A DNA stretch of 64,000 bases from a virus. Position numbers and translations under genes: made by a program. The stretch spans positions 1 to 64,000 of IMG/VR virus record IMGVR_UViG_3300007734_000753. The stretch is one strand, 5' to 3'. Positions 20,043 to 27,986 of the stretch are shown here, in pieces. Under the pieces are notes generated by a model that was not told the DNA's origin, did not search any database, and saw only the letters and a list, made by a program, of their open reading frames with translations. Every line of letters begins with the position of its first letter. The stretch's first letter is position 1.

Positions 20043-22127
20043 ATGAAAAAATTATCTTTATTATTATTGTTGGTGGCTTGTTCTAACGCCGATCCAACAA
20101 CTCAATCTTCTTTATCTATTGGCGGTAGTTTTATATTTGATGCCGGAACTCAAACGGAAAAAGACGCCGAAGAAGATACCAAAGAACAAACTTTTGATAC
20201 TGTATCGTCTGAAGATATACAGGATATAGTTGAGGACATACAACAAGATATAACAGAAGATTCACAGACAGATGTAGTAGAACAAATAGACACTATAAAA
20301 GATACCAAACCAATTTGCGTCGATGAAGATGGTGATGGATATGGTGAAAATTGCTCTAAGGGCAGCGACTGCGATGATGCCAATCCAAATTTCACAACGT
20401 ATTGCCCAGACTGTAAAAAAGGCAATTATCCCGGCTGTATTTGCTCTGGTAAATCCGCTCCATGCTATTCAGCAGATCCAACAACAAAAGCCGTTGGTCA
20501 ATGTAAAGCAGGAACGCAAGCTTGCAAATCTGGTATTTGGCAAGTTTGTATTGGTGAGATAACACCTTCACCAGAAGTTTGTGATAACATTGATAATGAC
20601 TGTGATGGTCAAATCGACGAAGGCGTAAAATCTTCTTGCGGAACTTGTGATCTTACTTGCGTAAAACAATCAGTCGGAGTCAATGAACCTATTATTCTCA
20701 ACTCCGAGAACTCTTCTGGTGTCGGTATTGATCCAAATACAGGCTTTATAAAGATTGATTCAAGCCAAATCTCATTGAAGCTCAAGTTCTTGTGGGCTTC
20801 TAATTCAAGTGAAAATACTGTATCAAAAGTTGATTGTAAGACAATAAAAGAATCTGGTCGTTATCAAGTATGTAATAATCCCTCAAGAACATCTGTAGAT
20901 CTTGATGGAAATGTATTTGCTGCCTGTCGTGGTGATGGTAAGGTAGCAAAAATTATTGCGGATAAAAAGAACTGTATTGATAAAAATGGAAATGGTGTTA
21001 TTGAGACAAGCGAAGATCTAAATGGTGATGGCAATATATCTGGTAATGAAATGGCGAATAATGATGAATGTATCCAATTTATCGTTCAGCCATTAGGCAA
21101 TCAATCCTCTTATCCCGGCTCAAGAGGTGCGGCAGTTGATAAGTTCAATAATGTTTATATTGGTTATTGGAATGAAGCCAAAGTTGCCTATGTTGATGGA
21201 AAAACAGGGGCAACGATAAAAATAATTGATTGGCAATGCCCGACTTATGGTCTAGTTGTTGATCAAAAAGGAACTCTATGGGGTCAAGGTAATGGCTGCG
21301 GTTGGCTAATGTCCTACAATCCAACCAGCGGTCAATGGGCAAAAGCTTCCTCATATGGGGCAAATGGAATTAGTGCTTATGGAATCAATGTTGATGGTAA
21401 AGGTCGTATTTGGGTTGGAGGAAGTTTGGCTCGCTATAATCCAGCAGATGGAAGCTGGATGAAATGTAATATAGGTTGTGCTGGTATTGCTACGGCAAAC
21501 GACGGCATGGTTTGGCTAGCAAAAGATGGAAGCGGTATTGGAAAAGTTGATGGTGAAAATTGTGCTCAACTTGGAACTGTGAATAGTGGTGGCGCTCCGC
21601 ATGGTTGTGCTGTTGATTTTGATGGTTATGTTTGGGGTGTGAATCTTGGCGGAAACTCCGTTGATAAAATTGAACCCGGCAAGACAGGGCAACAAATAGG
21701 ACCATTATTAGGCTCTAGAAAAATAGGAAGCGGTCCATACACATATTCAGACATGACTGGATATACACTCAATTATTTTACCGCTCCAAAGGGCTTATTT
21801 ACAACAACCTTCTTCGCTGGTGGAAATGGTAATCCCATTTCGCAGATGAAGCCAAAGGCTGTATGGCAAGAACTAAATGTCGAAGCTATGTTGCCCCCTG
21901 CCACAAAAGTCCATATTCGTGTTCGTGCGGGCGATACAAAAGATCAATTAGATAATGGAAACTGGATAGACATTATGGATTTGACAGATATGGCGCAAAT
22001 GCCAGTTGATTTATCACAGAAAAACATTATTGGAATAATGCTTCAGATAGAGATAAACCTCATCACAGAAGATAAAAAGGTAAGTCCTTCTGTTGGCTCA
22101 ATAACAGCTAAGGCAAAACTACAATAA
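20043..22127 (+). CDS. Surface lipoprotein with MopE-like Cys/Asp metal-binding repeats and a Vgb-like beta-propeller
   Basis: Lipobox LVA|C; CVDEDGDGYG..DCDDANP and EVCDNIDNDCDGQIDEG; propeller blades SRTSVDLDGNVF, GAAVDKFNNVY, GLVVDQKGTLW, GINVDGKGRIW, GCAVDFDGYVW; PYTYSDMTG. Confidence 0.75.
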   Translation: MKKLSLLLLLVACSNADPTTQSSLSIGGSFIFDAGTQTEKDAEEDTKEQTFDTVSSEDIQDIVEDIQQDITEDSQTDVVEQIDTIKDTKPICVDEDGDGYGENCSKGSDCDDANPNFTTYCPDCKKGNYPGCICSGKSAPCYSADPTTKAVGQCKAGTQACKSGIWQVCIGEITPSPEVCDNIDNDCDGQIDEGVKSSCGTCDLTCVKQSVGVNEPIILNSENSSGVGIDPNTGFIKIDSSQISLKLKFLWASNSSENTVSKVDCKTIKESGRYQVCNNPSRTSVDLDGNVFAACRGDGKVAKIIADKKNCIDKNGNGVIETSEDLNGDGNISGNEMANNDECIQFIVQPLGNQSSYPGSRGAAVDKFNNVYIGYWNEAKVAYVDGKTGATIKIIDWQCPTYGLVVDQKGTLWGQGNGCGWLMSYNPTSGQWAKASSYGANGISAYGINVDGKGRIWVGGSLARYNPADGSWMKCNIGCAGIATANDGMVWLAKDGSGIGKVDGENCAQLGTVNSGGAPHGCAVDFDGYVWGVNLGGNSVDKIEPGKTGQQIGPLLGSRKIGSGPYTYSDMTGYTLNYFTAPKGLFTTTFFAGGNGNPISQMKPKAVWQELNVEAMLPPATKVHIRVRAGDTKDQLDNGNWIDIMDLTDMAQMPVDLSQKNIIGIMLQIEINLITEDKKVSPSVGSITAKAKLQ

Positions 22128-22131
22128 GCAA

Positions 22132-22141
22132 ACTACTTATA
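22132..22141 (+). promoter_or_regulatory. Late promoter motif ACTACTTATA for the lysis block
   Basis: One-mismatch copy of the motif, followed by a GGAGG SD and the endolysin ATG. Confidence 0.65.
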
Positions 22142-22161
22142 GTACAAACGGAGGATAAACA

Positions 22162-23100
22162 ATGCTAATAAAAAGAGGTATGACAGGTCCATTAGTTGCT
22201 GCTCTACAGCAAAACTTGGAAGATCTAGGATATGAACTAGGAAATGTTGATGGTGCTTTTGGTAAGAACACCGAAGCTGCTGTAAAAGATTTTCAAGGTA
22301 AAAAAGGACTTGGTGCCGATGGCGTTGTTGGTCCAAAAACATTACAAGCAATTGATGCTGCCCTAAAAGCTGCTGGCAAAGAAGGCGCTGAATTTGATGA
22401 TCAACCAGAAGAAGCCCCAGCAGTTATTCAAGAAGTAAATGTAAAAATGGGTTGGGTCACTTGCCCTGCTGATAAATATCCCGGCAAAGACGGCTATGGC
22501 TCAACAATTTTGAGAACTGATGCTGCGGCAGCATATAAAGAACTAAAAGCCGAAGTAAATGCTCTCGGTGGCGTTGTAACTTCTGCTGGTGGTCGTCGTG
22601 CTCTAAGCTCTGGTGCCGGTCCAGCAAGATCAAAAACCTCAATGCATTATACAGGTTTAGCTTTTGATATGTCATTAGCAACTGGTATGCAAAGCACAGA
22701 AAGAGATCCTTTCTTATGTGTGAGAGTTCCAGATAGCCGCAAATGGACTGTTTGGTGTAAATCAGACAAAGCCTCAGAAGTAGAATTAGATGTTGTAACT
22801 TGCTCAACTGTAAAAGGCAAGACACAACTAAAAACAACCAAAATAAAAGTAAAAGCTTTCAACTTTACCGAAGTTGCTGAAAAACATGGCTTCTACAGCA
22901 TTTCAGCTCGCAAGTCCTTCTTTGAGGGTGGTGCTTATGGTGGAGCCGAGTGGTGGCACTTCCAATACAACAAGGCTCTTACAAAGGGTCAAAGCAAGTT
23001 CGGTGAAGAACTATTAAAAGTTTATTCTCTAAATGAGGCTCAAAAGTTCGTTTATTGGAACGAAGTAAAAGACAATGTTTACGGCGTAAACTGGTTCTAA
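22162..23100 (+). CDS. Endolysin: PG-binding domain + M15 (D-Ala-D-Ala/L-Ala-D-Glu) peptidase
   Basis: N-terminal LQQNL..LGY..G.VDG.FG..TE.AVK.FQ...GL.ADGVVGPKT; SMHYTGLAFD and EWWHFQY zinc-peptidase motifs. Confidence 0.9.
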   Translation: MLIKRGMTGPLVAALQQNLEDLGYELGNVDGAFGKNTEAAVKDFQGKKGLGADGVVGPKTLQAIDAALKAAGKEGAEFDDQPEEAPAVIQEVNVKMGWVTCPADKYPGKDGYGSTILRTDAAAAYKELKAEVNALGGVVTSAGGRRALSSGAGPARSKTSMHYTGLAFDMSLATGMQSTERDPFLCVRVPDSRKWTVWCKSDKASEVELDVVTCSTVKGKTQLKTTKIKVKAFNFTEVAEKHGFYSISARKSFFEGGAYGGAEWWHFQYNKALTKGQSKFGEELLKVYSLNEAQKFVYWNEVKDNVYGVNWF

Positions 23101-23111
23101 GGAGTAAAAAT

Positions 23112-23456
23112 ATGGATAACAAGTTATTAAAAAAATTAATCATGGAAGAATTAAAAGTATTATTGAAAGAGGAAGTAGGAGGTTCTACCGCAAATCATCC
23201 TTGCGTAAAAGGCGATCCTATTCGTCCCGGCTATAGAAGTGTAAATGATGATACAAGCTCTCTTCAGCCAGCAGAAGCACAATTATCAAAAGCAAGATGC
23301 TTTAGAGCCGCAATCAATCTTACAGAACAAGCAAAAAAAACAACACCAACTGGCGGCGGGGCAGATCGTGGCGCGTATGTGCCAACCCCACAGGGAGAAA
23401 AACTTCTCAACATGGCGAAGCAAGCAATTGAAACTTATTTCCAACTGCAGAAATAA
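23112..23456 (+). CDS. Hypothetical protein with an N-terminal LKKLIMEELK motif (putative internal head protein)
   Basis: The likely true start is ATG 23112 after an AGGAG SD; shares an N-terminal motif with other late ORFs. Confidence 0.55.
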   Translation: MDNKLLKKLIMEELKVLLKEEVGGSTANHPCVKGDPIRPGYRSVNDDTSSLQPAEAQLSKARCFRAAINLTEQAKKTTPTGGGADRGAYVPTPQGEKLLNMAKQAIETYFQLQK

Positions 23457-23466
23457 AGGGTAAATC

Positions 23467-23880
23467 ATGACTAACTGGCTAAAAAACAATTGGGCTACTT
23501 TGCTTGTGTTTGTTGTTGTATTATCCGCTGCTTTATGGATCAAAGGTAAATTTGATGAAAGCAATACAGAGGAAGTAAAGCAACAATATATAAAGCAAAT
23601 GGAAGATCAAAGAAAGTCTTTTGATTCTCAAATAAAAGAGATAAATAAGATTAATGAAGAAGCTTTATCAAAACAAAAAGAGTTGGCTTTACAACATCAA
23701 CAAACTTTAGAGAACCTACAACAGCAATTTGATGAAAAAGTATCTGAACTTGAAGAGTTGAAAAAACTAAAAGTAAAAGAACTTACAAAGCAGCTTACTG
23801 ATGATCCAGAAGTTGCTGTTCATGAAATGGCTCATAAGTTTGGTTTTGATGTTGTCGTTGTTCCCGAGGAAGAACCATGA
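23467..23880 (+). CDS. i-spanin-like protein (N-terminal TM + coiled coil)
   Basis: WATLLVFVVVLSAALWI TM followed by a Q/E/K coiled coil; located in the lysis block. Confidence 0.55.
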   Translation: MTNWLKNNWATLLVFVVVLSAALWIKGKFDESNTEEVKQQYIKQMEDQRKSFDSQIKEINKINEEALSKQKELALQHQQTLENLQQQFDEKVSELEELKKLKVKELTKQLTDDPEVAVHEMAHKFGFDVVVVPEEEP

Positions 23881-24308
23881 ATAAAATAATAGCATTTATA
23901 TTATGTTTCTTGTTTCCTCTATCAGCGTTCGCAGATAACGGCAAAGTTGCTTCAATTAGAGAAAGCCAGAAAGCTCCATTTACAGGCTTTCTTTTTGATG
24001 CCGCAGCATTTGCTAAGATAGAAGTTGATAAACAAACCATTATTGAGAAATATGAACTTGAGAAAAAGTTATTAATTGAAAAATGCGAGGCAGAGAAAAA
24101 GTTTCTAAATGAAACTTGTATCAACGAAAAAGATGTTTTAGTCAAAACAAACGACGTTGTTCTCAAAGGAAAAGATGAAGAAATAACAAGGCTAAATAAA
24201 ATTATTGCTGATATGGCTCCACCAAATAGAGGCTTATGGCTTGGGCTTGGTGCGGCAGCAGGAATAGCAATTAGTCTTACAACAGTCTATTTAGTAAAGA
24301 ACTTATAG
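23877..24308 (+). CDS. Exported coiled-coil protein with a C-terminal hydrophobic helix (spanin partner-like)
   Basis: ATGA overlap with the upstream gene; signal peptide SAFA|D; C-terminal GLWLGLGAAAGIAISLTTVYLV. Confidence 0.45.
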   Translation: MNKIIAFILCFLFPLSAFADNGKVASIRESQKAPFTGFLFDAAAFAKIEVDKQTIIEKYELEKKLLIEKCEAEKKFLNETCINEKDVLVKTNDVVLKGKDEEITRLNKIIADMAPPNRGLWLGLGAAAGIAISLTTVYLVKNL

Positions 24309-24320
24309 GAGTGCTAATGT

Positions 24321-24773
24321 ATGGGAATCAAAGAAACAATTTCAGACGCAATAAAGAAAGAGGGTCAAGTGCAAGTCCCAGAAGATAAACAAAATCGTTT
24401 TAATGTAATCTTCCAAAAAATGATGAGTGTGAGATGGTATATCACATTTATCACAATGATTACTTTACTTGCTATTCTCTGCGGTATTGTGCTTTCTATT
24501 ATGGTAAAAGCTGATATGGCTCAAGAGTGGAAAGAGATTTTATTGCTTATTCTTGGCGCTTTTATTGGTTCTTATAACAGAGTTATTGACTTTTGGTTTA
24601 ATAATTCACAAAGAGATCAGATAATGCTACAGAAGATTGATGAAGAAGACGATCCACCGGGAACTCCAAAATCAGATACACTTACTGTCTCCCCAGCGCA
24701 AGACGCAATTGAAGTTAAAATGCCCGAACCTACACCAGTAAAATCAAAGGAAGAAAAAAATGAAGATAAGTGA
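24321..24773 (+). CDS. Holin-like two-TM membrane protein
   Basis: Two TM helices, EILLLILGAFIGSYNRVIDFWF, and a charged C-terminal tail; in the lysis block. Confidence 0.5.
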   Translation: MGIKETISDAIKKEGQVQVPEDKQNRFNVIFQKMMSVRWYITFITMITLLAILCGIVLSIMVKADMAQEWKEILLLILGAFIGSYNRVIDFWFNNSQRDQIMLQKIDEEDDPPGTPKSDTLTVSPAQDAIEVKMPEPTPVKSKEEKNEDK

Positions 24774-25098
24774 ACTCAAACAAATAATAAAAGAAGAACT
24801 ACAAAAAGCCCTAGCGGAAGAAAAAGAACTAACAGCAAGAGAAAAGAAACTAGCAGCGATGCGTCCACCAGAGGATAAAATTACTAGAGGTGATGTTATT
24901 GCAGCCGCACAAAAAAAGAAAGCTGGTCAACTAGATGAAGAAGAAGCACAACATCTTTCTAAAGCTGAAAAGAAAGAAAAAGAAAAAATTGTAAAAGGCA
25001 TGAAAGACAAGAAGTCAGATTTTGAGAAAAGATACCCCGGTCGTGGTGAAGAAGTAATGTATGCAACTGCTACAAAAAAAGCTAAAGAAATGAAATAA
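24760..25098 (+). CDS. Putative internal head protein (MKISELKQIIKEEL motif)
   Basis: Shared N-terminal motif; K/E-rich; modules PPEDKITRGDVIAAA and FEKRY..RGEEVMYATATKKAK recall T4-like head-associated proteins. Confidence 0.55.
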   Translation: MKISELKQIIKEELQKALAEEKELTAREKKLAAMRPPEDKITRGDVIAAAQKKKAGQLDEEEAQHLSKAEKKEKEKIVKGMKDKKSDFEKRYPGRGEEVMYATATKKAKEMK

Positions 25099-25134
25099 AA
25101 ACTATATAATATACACAAAGGAGGTGATGACAAT

Positions 25135-25236
25135 ATGGCTACTAAACCAAGCAAAATTCCAGTAAAGAATCCCGGTCCAAATGAGAAATCAGGCGGCAAG
25201 CTCAAGCCACTCGGCGGCGGCAAGAAAGGCAAATAA
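25135..25236 (+). CDS. Small basic 33-aa peptide MATKPSKIPVKNPGPNEKSGGKLKPLGGGKKGK (not in the ORF track)
   Basis: Perfect AAGGAGGTGA SD, ACTATATA motif at 25101, and a downstream hairpin terminator. Confidence 0.65.
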   Translation: MATKPSKIPVKNPGPNEKSGGKLKPLGGGKKGK

Positions 25237-25251
25237 TCTAGAAATAGATTG

Positions 25252-25290
25252 AATCCCCTGCAAGTTACTATTTACTTGCAGGGGATTTTT
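25252..25290 (+). terminator. Intrinsic terminator with the late promoter motif in its loop
   Basis: aatcccctgcaagt-tactattt-acttgcaggggatt followed by a T run. Confidence 0.75.
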
Positions 25291-25298
25291 GTATATAA

Positions 25299-25559
25299 AT
25301 GAAACTAGAGATTCTGATAGAAATGTGTAAAGCAATGGGCGTATCATACGCATATCCACTTCCTCTTTCTTATACAGAAGATGAGCCAAGCGATGATGAA
25401 CAATGTGATACAAAACATGCTACAATTTCTGTAAAAGAAGTGCCATATGATAATGTGCCAGATGGTGCTGCATATCTAATGAACTACCAAATTTTTGAGA
25501 AAAATGAAAAACAAAGACCCAAACTTCGTACCAAAATTAGAAAAAGCCATAGAAAATAA
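25299..25559 (+). CDS. Hypothetical protein
   Basis: 86 aa ORF downstream of the late motif. Confidence 0.45.
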   Translation: MKLEILIEMCKAMGVSYAYPLPLSYTEDEPSDDEQCDTKHATISVKEVPYDNVPDGAAYLMNYQIFEKNEKQRPKLRTKIRKSHRK

Positions 25560-25866
25560 ATATGGCGAGATTGCTACGAGAAATCCTTCTTACTTCTGGG
25601 ATGAAGAAAAAGAGAAGGCGTATATTGAACAACTCAAAGAAGAGACAGAAAAACCACCAGAATATACAACTATTCAATCAGATGGTTTTTTTATCAAAAA
25701 GAAACTATTTATGAAAGCGAATCAAAGAACATGCTCGCAATGCGAAAAATACTCTTTTGATTCCAAGGACGACTTATACATAAACAAATTTGAGACTTGT
25801 TTCAAGTGTTATGTAATTTACATTGAAGGCAGAGAAGAAAAATGGCTGAAAAAGAAAACTCCGTAA
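25504..25866 (+). CDS. Hypothetical protein with a CxxC...CxxC zinc-binding C-terminus
   Basis: CSQC and CFKC; likely start MKNKDPNF. Confidence 0.6.
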   Translation: MKNKDPNFVPKLEKAIENKYGEIATRNPSYFWDEEKEKAYIEQLKEETEKPPEYTTIQSDGFFIKKKLFMKANQRTCSQCEKYSFDSKDDLYINKFETCFKCYVIYIEGREEKWLKKKTP

Positions 25867-26405
25867 CCACTTATGATATAGTAAAAGCGCTATCACAAGC
25901 TGCCTCTGTATATGATGGTGCTCATGATAAAGATGGCGAACCAGTAAAAGCTGGTCTTTCCAGAGAAGAAGGAAACCCTCTTCTTGACAAAAGATGCATT
26001 GATGGCTTCAAGGTAAAGTTTGGCGGTCAACACATGATCCTAACCTATCATACTGAATGCCTTCTCTCTGATATACACAAGATGGGCATTGAAAAGTACG
26101 AAAATGAGATCGAAGGTCACATAAAAGACATTATAAATTTTATCAAGAAAGATTATAAGAATCATGCCAAAGGTTCAGTCTCCCTTACTCAAGAAGGCGA
26201 GACAGACATTTTGATCGAGCCAGTATCAAGAATTCGCACCACGGTTAGAGCAGTTGCTAAATTCAAGATCGGCTCTATAAAAGATATGGATGAAATGCCC
26301 GGTAAAAGAGATGATAGAAAAGATGTAAAGTCTCACAACGAATTAGGCGGGCTTGGTGGTAAAAGACCATCAAATGATACAAGAAAGAAAACAGATGAAG
26401 ATTAA
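25842..26405 (+). CDS. Hypothetical protein immediately upstream of the terminase
   Basis: 187 aa; ACTATTTAT at 25704 upstream; TAATG-coupled to the terminase. Confidence 0.55.
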   Translation: MAEKENSVTTYDIVKALSQAASVYDGAHDKDGEPVKAGLSREEGNPLLDKRCIDGFKVKFGGQHMILTYHTECLLSDIHKMGIEKYENEIEGHIKDIINFIKKDYKNHAKGSVSLTQEGETDILIEPVSRIRTTVRAVAKFKIGSIKDMDEMPGKRDDRKDVKSHNELGGLGGKRPSNDTRKKTDED

Positions 26406-27982
26406 TGGATACAATTTTTACCAAAGAAGATATAAAGAGAGAGATTGTTCGCTGCGGTAAAGATCCAGTTTACTTCATTAGTAATTTTGCACGTATTTCA
26501 CACCCAATAAAAGGCACCATCCAATTCAACCTGTATCCCTTTCAACAACAAGTTGTAAGAGATTTCGTATCTCATCGTTTCGTTGTTGTCAACAAAGGTC
26601 GTCAGCTTGGTCTTTCAACCACAACAGCAGCTTATGTTGCTTGGATGATGCTTTTTTATAGAGAAAAAAGTATTCTTGTTGTTGCAACAAAATTGGCAAC
26701 TGCTGCCAACTTGGTTAGAAAAGTAAAATCTATTATAAAGAACTTGCCACCTTGGTTGGCTGTATCAAAGATAAAATTTGACAATAAGAATTCATTTGAG
26801 TTAGAAAATGGCTCATGGGTAAAGGCTTCTTCTACTTCTGGCGATGCTGGTCGTTCTGAAGCTCTTTCTTTGCTAATCGTTGACGAAGCTGCACACATTG
26901 AAAACATGGATGAAATGTGGGCTGCTATGTATCCAACGCTTTCTACTGGTGGTCGTTGTATTGCCATTTCAACACCGTATGGCGTTGGTAACTGGTTCCA
27001 TAAAACTTATACAGATGCAGAATCTGGAAAGAACGATTTCTATCCAGTAAAACTATTTTGGAATGTTCATCCCGACAGAGATCAAGCATGGTTTGAGAAA
27101 GAAACCAAAAACATGCCAGAACGTCAAATTGCTCAAGAACTTGAGTGTTCTTTCAACGCATCTGGTGGAACGGTTGTATCTGGCAGAGATTTGGAAAGAT
27201 TAGAAAAACTTACCAAAGAACCAAAATATAAAACAGGTTTTGATAGAAACTTCTGGATTTGGGAAAACTACGATCCCAGCAAAAAATATATGTTAGTAGC
27301 AGACGTTGCCCGAGGTGACGGAACAGACTATTCAACTTTCCATATATTTGATATAGAGTCAATGGAGCAAGTTGCTGAATACCAAGGCAAACTTCCACTA
27401 GATGAATTTTCTAGACTAATAAATGATTGTGGTAGAGAATATGGTTCTTGTTTGGCAGTTGTAGAAAACAATTCATTTGGCGTTGGCGTAGCCAATAAAA
27501 TAAAGGAACTTGGTTATCCTAATATATTCTACTCAAATAAAAATTTTGAATTTATAGACCAAATGACAGCGGAAGGATTATCAATCAATTCCCCCGGCGT
27601 CTATGTTTCAATGAAAACAAGACCGCTCATTATTGCAAAATTTGAGGAATTTATTAGAAACAATTATCTAAAAATAAACTCAAAAAGATTGATGAACGAA
27701 TTGACAACATTTATTTGGAATCACGGCAGAGCAGAAGCGCAAAGAAGCTATAATGACGACTTGGTTATGCCTTGCGCTATCGCATGTTGGATAAGAGATA
27801 CTGCTATACAAACAGGCATAAAAGATTTACAATATAGAACTGCAATGATAAACTCAATTTCAGTTGGTTCTTCTTTTATAAATACAAAAATTGCAGGTAT
27901 GCAAGGATATAGACAGCCAAAAACTGATCTGATGAATAAGTACTTAGAGTACCAACAACACTCTTGGATTATAAAGGCGTAA
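26405..27982 (+). CDS. Terminase large subunit (gp17-like)
   Basis: KGRQLGLST, Walker B LLIVDEAAH, ISTPYG, and nuclease motifs ADVARGDGTDYS and NDDLVM. Confidence 0.95.
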   Translation: MDTIFTKEDIKREIVRCGKDPVYFISNFARISHPIKGTIQFNLYPFQQQVVRDFVSHRFVVVNKGRQLGLSTTTAAYVAWMMLFYREKSILVVATKLATAANLVRKVKSIIKNLPPWLAVSKIKFDNKNSFELENGSWVKASSTSGDAGRSEALSLLIVDEAAHIENMDEMWAAMYPTLSTGGRCIAISTPYGVGNWFHKTYTDAESGKNDFYPVKLFWNVHPDRDQAWFEKETKNMPERQIAQELECSFNASGGTVVSGRDLERLEKLTKEPKYKTGFDRNFWIWENYDPSKKYMLVADVARGDGTDYSTFHIFDIESMEQVAEYQGKLPLDEFSRLINDCGREYGSCLAVVENNSFGVGVANKIKELGYPNIFYSNKNFEFIDQMTAEGLSINSPGVYVSMKTRPLIIAKFEEFIRNNYLKINSKRLMNELTTFIWNHGRAEAQRSYNDDLVMPCAIACWIRDTAIQTGIKDLQYRTAMINSISVGSSFINTKIAGMQGYRQPKTDLMNKYLEYQQHSWIIKA

Positions 27983-27986
27983 AAAA

